Source: Saprospirales bacterium (GTDB lineage Bacteria > Bacteroidota > Bacteroidia > Chitinophagales > CAMDFR01). From it: a DNA stretch of 51,810 bases. Below are positions 29,347 through 37,704 of the stretch, in pieces (within the stretch, counting starts at the first letter, position 1; every line of letters begins with the position of its first letter). Position numbers and translations under genes: made by a program. The stretch covers positions 1 to 51,810 of the forward strand of contig CANHVE010000001.1 of the NCBI GenBank assembly GCA_947464015.1. Direction: 5' to 3'. The notes below the pieces were generated by a model. The model made no database searches. It was not told the DNA's origin and saw only the letters and a list, made by a program, of their open reading frames with translations.

Positions 29347-29748
29347 ATGAATAAAATAGAACATATTGGAATTGCAGTAGCTAATTTAGCAGAAGCTGAA
29401 GCAAGATATGAAATGTTGCTCAATACCAAAGCTTATAAGAGAGAAGAGGTATTAAGTGAAAATGTAATCACTTCCTTTTTAATGATAGGGGAAACCAAAA
29501 TCGAATTGATTGCAGCTACTTCGCCCGAAAGTACTATTGCTAAATATATTGAAAAAAAAGGTGAAGGAATGCATCATATAGCCTATGCCGTTGAGGATAT
29601 TCATCAAGAGGTAAAACGTATGATAGAGCAAGGATTTCAACCTATATCAAAAGAACCTAAAAAAGGAGCTGATAATAAATGGGTATACTTTTTTCATCCC
29701 AAAAGTGCCAATGGTGTATTAGTTGAATTATGCCAGGAAATAGCATAA
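29347..29748 (+). CDS. mce: Methylmalonyl-CoA epimerase (VOC/glyoxalase fold)
   Basis: 133 aa. The sequence MNKIEHIGIAVANLAEA...GEGMHHIAYAVEDI...FFHPKSANGVLVELCQ is the typical MCE pattern. Confidence 0.85.
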   Translation: MNKIEHIGIAVANLAEAEARYEMLLNTKAYKREEVLSENVITSFLMIGETKIELIAATSPESTIAKYIEKKGEGMHHIAYAVEDIHQEVKRMIEQGFQPISKEPKKGADNKWVYFFHPKSANGVLVELCQEIA

Positions 29749-29793
29749 AGCAACAATATTTTACTTTTTTAATTTGAAACGTAATACAACAAT

Positions 29794-30489
29794 TTGAAAT
29801 CATACAAACATATTTTTTTTGACTTAGACCACACCTTATGGGATTTTGATACGAACTCTAGAAATACTTTAGAAGAACTTTACCATCATTTTGAATTACT
29901 TGAGAGTGGGGTAGAGGATTTAGAAGAGTTTATTAAAAAGTATAAAATCATTAATGATAGATATTGGAAATATTATAGACAACAAAAAGTGACCAAAGAG
30001 CAATTGCGTGTAGGAAGATTTAGAGATGCATTATTGTTATTTGGCATTGAAAATAGTCAATTAGCTGCTGAAATTGATGAATTTTATGTGAGTCGAAATC
30101 CCTATCACAAAGTATTGATGCCGCATACCTTTGATATTTTAGATTATTTACACGAAAAAGGCTATCAGATGCATATCATCTCTAATGGTTTTAAAGAGAT
30201 ACAACATATTAAAATCAAGAATTCGGGTTTGGATAAGTATGTTCATTCAATCATATTGTCAGAATCAATTGGATATCAAAAACCACATGCAAAAATCTTT
30301 GAATATGCCTTAAAAGATAGTGGGGCTAAGGTAGAGGAGAGTATTATGGTTGGGGATAATTATGAGGCTGATATTGAAGGAGCTATTAAATATGGAATGG
30401 ACGCTATTTTTTATAATCAAGAGAATCAAACCGTGAGTGATAAAATATGTTGTATAACTAGTTTAATAGAGTTGAAAAAATACTTGTAA
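29794..30489 (+). CDS. HAD-superfamily hydrolase, YjjG-like 5'-nucleotidase subfamily
   Basis: 231 aa with HAD motif I (FFDLDHTLWDF), motif II (IISNG) and motif IV (VGDNYEADIEGA). A TTG start is forced by a TAA stop 4 codons upstream. Confidence 0.8.
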   Translation: MKSYKHIFFDLDHTLWDFDTNSRNTLEELYHHFELLESGVEDLEEFIKKYKIINDRYWKYYRQQKVTKEQLRVGRFRDALLLFGIENSQLAAEIDEFYVSRNPYHKVLMPHTFDILDYLHEKGYQMHIISNGFKEIQHIKIKNSGLDKYVHSIILSESIGYQKPHAKIFEYALKDSGAKVEESIMVGDNYEADIEGAIKYGMDAIFYNQENQTVSDKICCITSLIELKKYL

Positions 30490-30536
30490 AATACTATCAT
30501 ATGAGTAGTAATATATAGATATTTGCATTTGAAATT

Positions 30537-31382
30537 ATGCAAGATAAATTAATACAAAAAGAAGAAGATAAAAACCAAAAAGAAATGGGTTTTTTCGATC
30601 ATATCGAAGAACTAAGATGGCATTTAATTCGATCTGTAATTGCTATAACTATAGGTTCTATAATTGTATTTGCTTATTATAATTGGTTTTTCGAAAACGT
30701 AGTATTTGCTCCTGCAAAATCAAGTTTTATTACCTATGATATACTTTGTCAAATAGGTGAAAAATTGCATATTGATCAAATTTGCTTTCATTTCGAGGAT
30801 ATTGAATTGTTAAATACTGAACTTTCTGGTCAAATAATGACTCAGTTTACAACCTCATTTATTGGAGGATTGATTCTAGCGTTTCCTTATGTGTTTTGGG
30901 AGATTTGGCGATTTATTAAGCCAGCCTTACAAGTAACGGAGCTAAATAAAACTCGACCTATACTTTTTTATGTTAGTATACTATTTTTGTTAGGAGTTCT
31001 ATTTGGGTATTACATCATGACACCATTTTGGTTAGCCTTTGCGCAAACATATCTTATATCTAGTTCGATTAAGAATTTATTTTCATTGGATAATTATATT
31101 ACGGGTGTATCTACTTTGGTGTTTTGTTGTGGGTTGATTTTTGAGTTGCCTGTGATTGTATATTTTTTATCAAAGTTAGGTTTGATGACACCCAAATTTA
31201 TGCGAGATTATCGTCGATATGCCTATGTATGTATAGTGATTTTAGGGGCTATAATAACTCCACAAACCGATGTATTCAGTTTAGCCATGATTTGCATTCC
31301 TTTATGGGTGCTATATGAGTTAAGTATTAGTGTTTCGGCTAGAGTATATATACAAAAACAAAAATTGCAAAATGTACAATAG
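30537..31382 (+). CDS. tatC: Twin-arginine translocase subunit TatC
   Basis: 281 aa with FFDHIEELRWHLIRS and six TM helices including PALxxxE-like FIKPAL. The true start could be the internal MGFFDH at 30585. Confidence 0.9.
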   Translation: MQDKLIQKEEDKNQKEMGFFDHIEELRWHLIRSVIAITIGSIIVFAYYNWFFENVVFAPAKSSFITYDILCQIGEKLHIDQICFHFEDIELLNTELSGQIMTQFTTSFIGGLILAFPYVFWEIWRFIKPALQVTELNKTRPILFYVSILFLLGVLFGYYIMTPFWLAFAQTYLISSSIKNLFSLDNYITGVSTLVFCCGLIFELPVIVYFLSKLGLMTPKFMRDYRRYAYVCIVILGAIITPQTDVFSLAMICIPLWVLYELSISVSARVYIQKQKLQNVQ

Positions 31383-31393
31383 AATTGTACATT
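31371..31393. other. 9-bp perfect inverted repeat spanning the tatC stop codon
   Basis: The arms are aatgtacaa and ttgtacatt with loop tagaa, and the loop contains the tatC TAG. No U-run follows, so it is not a classical terminator. Confidence 0.3.
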
Positions 31394-31430
31394 AGCGAAA
31401 TTATAAATTCATCTATTAAAATTCTTTTTT

Positions 31431-31862
31431 ATGAAAATTTCTATAGGTTCTGATCATGCAGGTTTTGAATATAAAACATCAATCATATCTTTTTTACAAG
31501 AATTAAATCACCAAGTGATGGATCGAGGAACAAATAGTACAGATTCATGTGATTATCCTGATTATGCGCACCCGGTAGCAAATGATGTAGAAAATAAAGA
31601 AGCAGATTTTGGAGTGTTGATTTGTGGAAGTGCCAATGGAGTAGCTATGACAGCAAATAAACATCAAGGTGTAAGAGCTGCTATAGCATGGAATAGAGAA
31701 ATTTCAGAATTAGCTCGTCATCATAATGATGCTAATATTGTTTGTATTCCTGCTCGATATATTACTATAGAAGAGGCTAAAGAAATAGTATATGCATTTT
31801 TAGCAACAGATTTTGATGGAGGAAGACATTTGAAAAGAGTAGAAAAAATAGCGATATTATAA
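31431..31862 (+). CDS. rpiB: Ribose-5-phosphate isomerase B
   Basis: 143 aa with MKISIGSDHAGFEYK, the LICGSANGVAM catalytic Cys, and DANIVCIPARY. Confidence 0.93.
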   Translation: MKISIGSDHAGFEYKTSIISFLQELNHQVMDRGTNSTDSCDYPDYAHPVANDVENKEADFGVLICGSANGVAMTANKHQGVRAAIAWNREISELARHHNDANIVCIPARYITIEEAKEIVYAFLATDFDGGRHLKRVEKIAIL

Positions 31863-32228
31863 CAATTTTATTGCTTGAAAATATTGTATAATTTTCTTTT
31901 TCAATAAAGCTTCTTGTTCTCTAAGTTTGCCTTTAGGAATATTAGTGAGCGTTTCATAATGAGGCCATCCATCTTTGTCTAATCCTTCAAATTTGAAATA
32001 GCCCTCATCTTCAAATAAAGCACAAATAGCTATATGCATTAAATCCTGCTTTTCTTCTTTTTCGTATTTTTCTTTGATGACACCTAATTCATTTATGCCT
32101 ATCAACATGAGAATGGCATTAATATCAGGTCGTTTGCCAAATTGTTGTTTTACAATCTCACGCACTTTGAGCCAAAGCATCATCTGCTCTTTTTCTTCTT
32201 CCGATTTATTTTCGTTGAGTAAAGGCAT
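31857..32228 (-). CDS. Conserved hypothetical cytoplasmic protein (no family recognised)
   Basis: This 123-aa ORF has normal composition with a charged N-terminus and a helical core (ILMLIGINELG...HIAICALFEDEGYF). It lies 55 nt downstream of the ABC-F gene on the same strand. Confidence 0.6.
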   Translation of the reverse strand: MPLLNENKSEEEKEQMMLWLKVREIVKQQFGKRPDINAILMLIGINELGVIKEKYEKEEKQDLMHIAICALFEDEGYFKFEGLDKDGWPHYETLTNIPKGKLREQEALLKKKIIQYFQAIKLL

Positions 32229-32232
32229 AGTA

Positions 32233-32259
32233 ATAGTTCAAAGTTTATAGTTCAAAGTT
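32233..32259. repeat. Tandem direct repeat, 2 x 13 nt (atagttcaaagtt) separated by one T
   Basis: Copies lie at 32233..32245 and 32247..32259. The repeat ends 4 nt upstream of the ATG of the hypothetical gene, which starts at 32228 on the minus strand. Confidence 0.8.
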
Positions 32260-32283
32260 CTGAGTAAATTAAAAAGTATTTAA

Positions 32284-33924
32284 TTACTTCGTACTTAAAA
32301 GATTTCCGTACATCTCAGCTCTTTGAGTTTTAACTCTTTCATCTTGCAAATATTCATCATAGGTCATCAATTTATCTAAGCAACCTGTAGGAGTTAGTTC
32401 AATGATACGATTAGCGGATGTTTGAAGGAACTCATGATCATGAGATGAGAATAGAATAGTACCAGGAAATTCTTTTATAGAATTATTTAAGGCAGTAATA
32501 CTTTCCAAATCTAAGTGATTCGTAGGATCATCAAGTAATAATAAATTCGCTTCTTGCAGCATCATACGAGAAAGCATACATCTTACCTTTTCACCACCAC
32601 TTAATACATTACACATTTTAAGTACTTCCTCTCCACTAAACAACATTTTTCCTAAAAATCCACGTATAAATTGTTCATCTTTTTCGCCAGGTGAATATTG
32701 ACGTAACCAATCGATTAAATTCATTTCTTTACCTTCGAAATATTCACTATTGTCGTAAGGCATATATGACGTTTTTATAGTAACACCCCAGCTAAAAGTA
32801 CCGCTATCAGCAGTTTTTCGATTATTGATAATTTCAAAAAAGGCTGAAATTGCTAATGGGTCTTTACTAATGATGGCAATTTTATCATCTTTATTTACTT
32901 GGAAAGTGATGTCTTTAAATAAGTAATCCCCTTCACTATTCTTACAAGCTAATTTCTCTACTTCTAGCACTTGATTACCTGCTTCTCTTTCTTGTTTGAA
33001 AATAATACCTGGATATTTTCTACTAGAAGCTTGAATTGTTTCAAAATCTAATTTTTCTAATGCTTTTTTTCTACTAGTAGCTTGTTTACTTTTAGAAGCA
33101 TTGGCACTGAATCGTGCGATGAATTCTAATAACTCAGCTTTTTTATCTTCTAATTTTTTATTCTTTTGAGCTTTTTGTCTGTTCAACATTTGGCTGGTTT
33201 CAAACCAGAAAGTATAATTACCAGTATAGATATTTACTTTGCTATAATCGATATCGATCATATGTGTACAAACCATATCTAAGAAGTGTCTATCGTGAGA
33301 TACTACAATGGCAATATTTTCAAAATCGGCAAGGAAATTTTCTAACCATGCGATGGTTTCAATATCTAAACCATTGGTAGGCTCATCCATCATCAAAATA
33401 TCAGGATTGCCAAAAAGTGCTTGAGCTAATAATACCCTTACTTTTTCAGAAGGATTTAACTCAGTCATAAGTTTATAATGTAAATCTTCTTTAATACCTA
33501 AATTGCTTAATAATTCGGCTGCATCACTTTCTGCAGTCCAGCCATTCATTTCGCCAAACTGAGCTTCCAAATCGCCTACTTTAATACCATCTTCATCATT
33601 AAAATCGGGCTTTGCATAAATAGCATCCTTTTCTTGAATAATATTCCAAAGTACTTTGTTACCCATCATCACGGTATTAAGAACTGTTACATCGTCATAT
33701 TCAAAATGATTTTGTTTCAATACACTCATACGTAAACCAGGGCTTATTTCTATTTTACCTGTTTGAGCATCTAATTCGCCACTCATTATTTTTAATAAAG
33801 TAGATTTGCCAGCGCCATTTGCACCAATAATGCCGTAGCAATTCCCTTTGGTCATTTTAATATTTACTTCATCAAATAAAATACGTTTGCCGTATCTAAG
33901 ACTTACATTACTAACTTGTATCAT
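32284..33924 (-). CDS. ABC-F family ATPase (YbiT-like translation factor type)
   Basis: 546 aa with two NBDs (GANGAGKST Walker A; LSGGEK signature twice; Walker B LLLDDPTNHLD / MMDEPTNGLD) and no TM domain. The N-terminus is collinear with E. coli YbiT as I recall it. Confidence 0.9.
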   Translation of the reverse strand: MIQVSNVSLRYGKRILFDEVNIKMTKGNCYGIIGANGAGKSTLLKIMSGELDAQTGKIEISPGLRMSVLKQNHFEYDDVTVLNTVMMGNKVLWNIIQEKDAIYAKPDFNDEDGIKVGDLEAQFGEMNGWTAESDAAELLSNLGIKEDLHYKLMTELNPSEKVRVLLAQALFGNPDILMMDEPTNGLDIETIAWLENFLADFENIAIVVSHDRHFLDMVCTHMIDIDYSKVNIYTGNYTFWFETSQMLNRQKAQKNKKLEDKKAELLEFIARFSANASKSKQATSRKKALEKLDFETIQASSRKYPGIIFKQEREAGNQVLEVEKLACKNSEGDYLFKDITFQVNKDDKIAIISKDPLAISAFFEIINNRKTADSGTFSWGVTIKTSYMPYDNSEYFEGKEMNLIDWLRQYSPGEKDEQFIRGFLGKMLFSGEEVLKMCNVLSGGEKVRCMLSRMMLQEANLLLLDDPTNHLDLESITALNNSIKEFPGTILFSSHDHEFLQTSANRIIELTPTGCLDKLMTYDEYLQDERVKTQRAEMYGNLLSTK

Positions 33925-34092
33925 CGTTTAAATTAAGGATTTCTTTTTATGAAAAGGACGGCAAAATTACGAAAAATATACGAGAAAAGGCTATAATATT
34001 GATTGATTTGACAATATCATCCACAATGGAAAATAAAATAAGCAAATCCATGAAACAATTACAATCTTTGCAACTAATAAATTGATTGATTT

Positions 34093-34638
34093 ATGAAAAT
34101 ATACACAAAATCGGGTGATGCTGGGCAAACTTCATTGGTTGGAGGAAAAAAGGTTTCAAAAGCAACTTTAAAAATAGATGCATACGGAACAGTAGATGAA
34201 TTAAATAGTTTTATTGGTTTGGTAAAAGCGCATTATATATTTGAAGATGAAGAAGCTACTAGGTTAAATAGAATTCAACATATATTGTTTAATATAGGAT
34301 CTATTTTGGCAACTGAGTCGGGTAAGGTAAATAGTTTTATCCCCCATTTAGAGGAAAAAGATATCTTATTTTTAGAAATAGGGATAGATGCTATGGATTC
34401 AAAACTTAAGCCTTTACAATTTTTCATTTTGCCTGCTGGTACTAGTTTAATTGCCTATTGTCATGTTTGTAGAACTGTTTGTAGAAGAGCAGAAAGATTA
34501 GTAGTGGCATTAGGAGAAGAAGAAAAAGTGGATGTATTAGTACAGAAATATTTAAATAGATTATCTGATTATTTCTTTACACTTGCTCGATATGCTGCTC
34601 TATTACAAGGAGTTGAAGATGTGGCATGGGAGAAATAA
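34093..34638 (+). CDS. PduO-type ATP:cob(I)alamin adenosyltransferase
   Basis: 181 aa. The start MKIYTKSGDAGQTSLVGGKKVSKATLKIDAYGTVDELNSFIG is the hallmark PduO-type N-terminus. Confidence 0.9.
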   Translation: MKIYTKSGDAGQTSLVGGKKVSKATLKIDAYGTVDELNSFIGLVKAHYIFEDEEATRLNRIQHILFNIGSILATESGKVNSFIPHLEEKDILFLEIGIDAMDSKLKPLQFFILPAGTSLIAYCHVCRTVCRRAERLVVALGEEEKVDVLVQKYLNRLSDYFFTLARYAALLQGVEDVAWEK

Positions 34639-34667
34639 GCCATTTTTTTCGATTGTGTACAAGTAAA

Positions 34668-34700
34668 TTTGCATTTTAGAAACTAATAAATTTACTTTTG
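34668..34700 (+). promoter_or_regulatory. Candidate Bacteroidota sigma-A promoter (-33 TTTG, -7 TACTTTTG)
   Basis: TTTG at 34668..34671 and TACTTTTG at 34693..34700 are separated by 21 nt. The -7 box is 35 nt upstream of the DUF2795 ATG. Confidence 0.5.
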
Positions 34701-34735
34701 CAAAAAATTTGTTTAATTAAACTCAACTTAAAATT

Positions 34736-34957
34736 ATGTTTTGGACTTTAGAATTAGCATCGCATTTAGAAGATGCACCATGGCCTGCAATGAAAGATGA
34801 TTTAATAGATTTCGCTATCCGATCAGGATCACCATTAGAAGTTATTGAAAATTTGCAAGAATTAGAAGATGATGGTGAAGTATATGAAGGCATAGAAGAT
34901 ATTTGGCCAGATTATCCTACCAACGAAGATTTTCTTTTCAATGAAGATGAATATTAA
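34736..34957 (+). CDS. DUF2795-like small acidic protein
   Basis: 73 aa. The segment APWPAMKDDLIDFAIRSGSPLEVIENLQEL resembles the DUF2795 core. The protein is very acidic, with about 22 D/E residues. Confidence 0.65.
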   Translation: MFWTLELASHLEDAPWPAMKDDLIDFAIRSGSPLEVIENLQELEDDGEVYEGIEDIWPDYPTNEDFLFNEDEY

Positions 34958-34983
34958 AATTATCGTAAATTAATTTACTATAT

Positions 34984-35018
34984 AACAAGTCGTTCGTATA
35001 TTGCGGGCGACTTGTTTT
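34984..35018 (+). terminator. Rho-independent terminator after the DUF2795 gene
   Basis: A 9-bp stem (aacaagtcg / cgacttgtt) with a 15-nt loop runs into TTTT. Confidence 0.65.
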
Positions 35019-35036
35019 ATTTAAACCTAAATAAAT

Positions 35037-35759
35037 ATGAAAAATATATTTTTATTGTTAATCGTTTTTTTAATGATTCACCAGTTAGACGCTCAAACAA
35101 ATCTCCAAACAGACCGCTTTATCGAAGTAAAAGTAAGCGATACAATCAAAGTGATACCTGATTATATTGAAGCGTTTGTTCGCATAGAAGAGGAGGATGA
35201 TATTGATTATACAGGAGCTAACGAAAACAAAACTGCAACAGCTATTGTAGCTAATAAAATGAATCCAGCGAAACAGAAAGTAGAAGTTGAACGCTTGATC
35301 AGTGAAATATCAACTACTTATACTTTTACTGATAAAGCATCTGATAAATTATTAGGTAAAGAATTTAATTTGTGGAATAATGGTTATACAGTTATTCTTA
35401 AAAACATGGATGAATATAATAAACTTGCAGCCAATATTAATAAATCTGGTAAAGCTAGTATTTCAATTAAAACTATGGAAACAAAGAATACGGAATCAAA
35501 TACGAGTAGAATACTTGAAAAGACCATGAATAAAGCGAATAAAGAAGCAAGCCAATTAGCTAAATTGATGAATGTGACTATCGATAAACCCATTTCAATA
35601 AAAAATTATGATGAAAATGCTTTATCATATGGGGATAATAGCTCGAACAATTATTTCAATGCGTTATATAGTATGATGGGTTCCATGTATGGAAATATAA
35701 ATCAAGAAAATTATGTTGTTATATCTAAAACATTGATAGTTAGATATTTATATAAATAA
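35037..35759 (+). CDS. Secreted protein, possibly SIMPL/DUF541-like
   Basis: 240 aa with a signal peptide. The N-terminal FIEVKVSDTIKVIPDYIEAFVRI and the C-terminal beta strand YVVISKTLIVRYLYK resemble the SIMPL pattern. This is a weak call. Confidence 0.4.
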   Translation: MKNIFLLLIVFLMIHQLDAQTNLQTDRFIEVKVSDTIKVIPDYIEAFVRIEEEDDIDYTGANENKTATAIVANKMNPAKQKVEVERLISEISTTYTFTDKASDKLLGKEFNLWNNGYTVILKNMDEYNKLAANINKSGKASISIKTMETKNTESNTSRILEKTMNKANKEASQLAKLMNVTIDKPISIKNYDENALSYGDNSSNNYFNALYSMMGSMYGNINQENYVVISKTLIVRYLYK

Positions 35760-35852
35760 ATTAGTCTTTGGGAATAGCTTTTAAATCAATATTTGTATTC
35801 CATATATACAATTATTATCTTTATAATACCTTTTAACTAAAGAAAGACAAAT

Positions 35853-37574
35853 ATGAATAAATTATACATAACTTTTTTATTGTCAATAACAAGTTTAGTT
35901 TTTGTGCAAGCACAAAACGAACTATACAATAATGGGTCGCTCATATATATAAACAATCAGGTAGGTACTTTAAAAGCATATTCAGTGACTGATATGCCTA
36001 CATTGTATGTAGATGGTGAAATCAATAATAACTCAGGTACTTTAGAGAATGCATTAGGGGAAATACAAATTACAGGTGATTTTACTAATTCAGGTACTTA
36101 TACCTCTACAGGAGACGATGTATTCGTTGGTTCTGCAACTAATTCAGTAGTTAATGGGGCTATAAATGGTACATTGACAACCAATAATTTTAGAAATTTA
36201 TTTGTAGTAAAAAATACAGCAAGTTTAGATTTGAATACCAATGTAAATGTGGCTAATCATTTAAATATTCAAAGTGGTAGAATTCGTACCGATATTGCAT
36301 CTCATGGTCCAGATGGTTCAGCATATCCAAATGAATTATATATTTTAAATACAAACCCAACTGAATTAATATCAGGTTTATCAGGAAATACGAGATATGT
36401 TGAAGGAAGATTGCGATTAGAGTCAACTTCTGGAAATACGTATTTTTTCCCTATTGGTGCCAACTCACATGATGGAATGGAGCCAGTTAGTATTACCGTG
36501 AATAGTGGTAGTAACTCTATTTTAGGTTATATTAAGCCAGCCGATCCAATACATGATTATACAGATTTAATTTTTAGAGATATTGGAACCGATCCAGGAC
36601 CTTCAGGTGGATTTAGTGCTTATTTAACTTGTGTACCAGGAGCAGGTCCCGATGGATATATGGATGGTTTTCCATTAAATAATGATTTTGATCAAGAATG
36701 GTATATGACTAGTTCAGGTTTAAATTATGATATTACTGTACAACCAGGACCGATATTAGATGCAACATCAAGTTACTCTACTATTTGTGATGCTGGAGTA
36801 TATAAATACATGTTAAAAAATGGAATACCAGGAGGTGGTGGGTATACCCCAATACCAGGTTTATGGGTGCCAACCGGACCAGGTACATTTTTACACGATT
36901 ATAATGGAATTACTTTAGCTCCAACTGGCAATACACTAACTGGACAAACTACCTTCAGTGGATTTAAATTAGCTGGTCCAGGAACTGTTGGTGGTGCATT
37001 ACCTGTAACATTAGTTTCTTTACAAGCCAATCCAATTAACAATGAATTTATTCGTGTAAGTTGGGTTACAGCCTCTGAAATAAATAATAAAGGTTTTGAT
37101 GTTTTAAGAAGTACAGATGGCGTTAGTTTTGAAAAAATTGGTTGGGTAGATGCACAAGGTGATGGCAATTCTACTACTACATTAAATTATGCTTTTGATG
37201 ATAAAAATGTTGTAGCTAATAAAATGTACTATTACAGATTAAATCAAGTTGATAAAGATAATGCTCGTCATATTACATACATTGTAAATGCAACATTAAA
37301 CGGAACAAATACAGATCAAATTACTATTGGTGATTTCTTCCCTAATCCTTCAAGTAATTCAAGTGCTGTATTAATCAATACATATAAAGAAATGGATATC
37401 CATGTTCAATTATATAACAATTTAAGTCAGGTGGTAACAGATGAGAAAATTCATCTATTACCAGGTGTAAACACTGTTAGTTTACCTTTAAATACTATTA
37501 CTGAAGGTATTTATCATGGAATATTTGTTACTCCAAATGGAAATATTTCTCGTCAAATTGTAGTAACTAAATAA
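35853..37574 (+). CDS. Large secreted protein of unknown function with a T9SS C-terminal sorting domain
   Basis: 573 aa. It has a signal peptide, a Gly/Thr/Asn-rich N-terminal region, an FN3/Ig-like module (LPVTLVSLQANPINNEFIRVSWVTASEINNKGFDVLRSTDGVSFEKIGWV...YYYRLNQVDKD), and an 84-aa Por-type tail (FFPNPSSNSSAVLI...RQIVVTK). Confidence 0.7.
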   Translation: MNKLYITFLLSITSLVFVQAQNELYNNGSLIYINNQVGTLKAYSVTDMPTLYVDGEINNNSGTLENALGEIQITGDFTNSGTYTSTGDDVFVGSATNSVVNGAINGTLTTNNFRNLFVVKNTASLDLNTNVNVANHLNIQSGRIRTDIASHGPDGSAYPNELYILNTNPTELISGLSGNTRYVEGRLRLESTSGNTYFFPIGANSHDGMEPVSITVNSGSNSILGYIKPADPIHDYTDLIFRDIGTDPGPSGGFSAYLTCVPGAGPDGYMDGFPLNNDFDQEWYMTSSGLNYDITVQPGPILDATSSYSTICDAGVYKYMLKNGIPGGGGYTPIPGLWVPTGPGTFLHDYNGITLAPTGNTLTGQTTFSGFKLAGPGTVGGALPVTLVSLQANPINNEFIRVSWVTASEINNKGFDVLRSTDGVSFEKIGWVDAQGDGNSTTTLNYAFDDKNVVANKMYYYRLNQVDKDNARHITYIVNATLNGTNTDQITIGDFFPNPSSNSSAVLINTYKEMDIHVQLYNNLSQVVTDEKIHLLPGVNTVSLPLNTITEGIYHGIFVTPNGNISRQIVVTK

Positions 37575-37593
37575 TACTATCTCAATATAAATT

Positions 37594-37626
37594 AAAAAAA
37601 GACAGCGATAAGCTGTCTTTTTTTTT
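37594..37626 (+). terminator. Rho-independent terminator
   Basis: The stem aaagacagc / gctgtcttt has loop gataa, is preceded by an A-run and is followed by a 9-nt T-run. Confidence 0.8.
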
Positions 37627-37704
37627 GTTCTTATTATTTGAATAGTCATTTATGAAATAGTAATATCTTTATGTATTCATTTTTATATAACTGAAATTGT
37701 ATTC

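Noticed and set aside
33925-34092. I looked for a cobalamin riboswitch upstream of the PduO-type adenosyltransferase. The same region holds a 12-nt direct repeat, attgattgattt, at 33998..34009 and 34081..34092.
   Set aside because: No B12-box-like element or GC-rich multi-helix structure is visible, and the region is AT-rich and short. The 12-mer is itself a low-complexity ttga-type repeat, so recurrence by chance is plausible.
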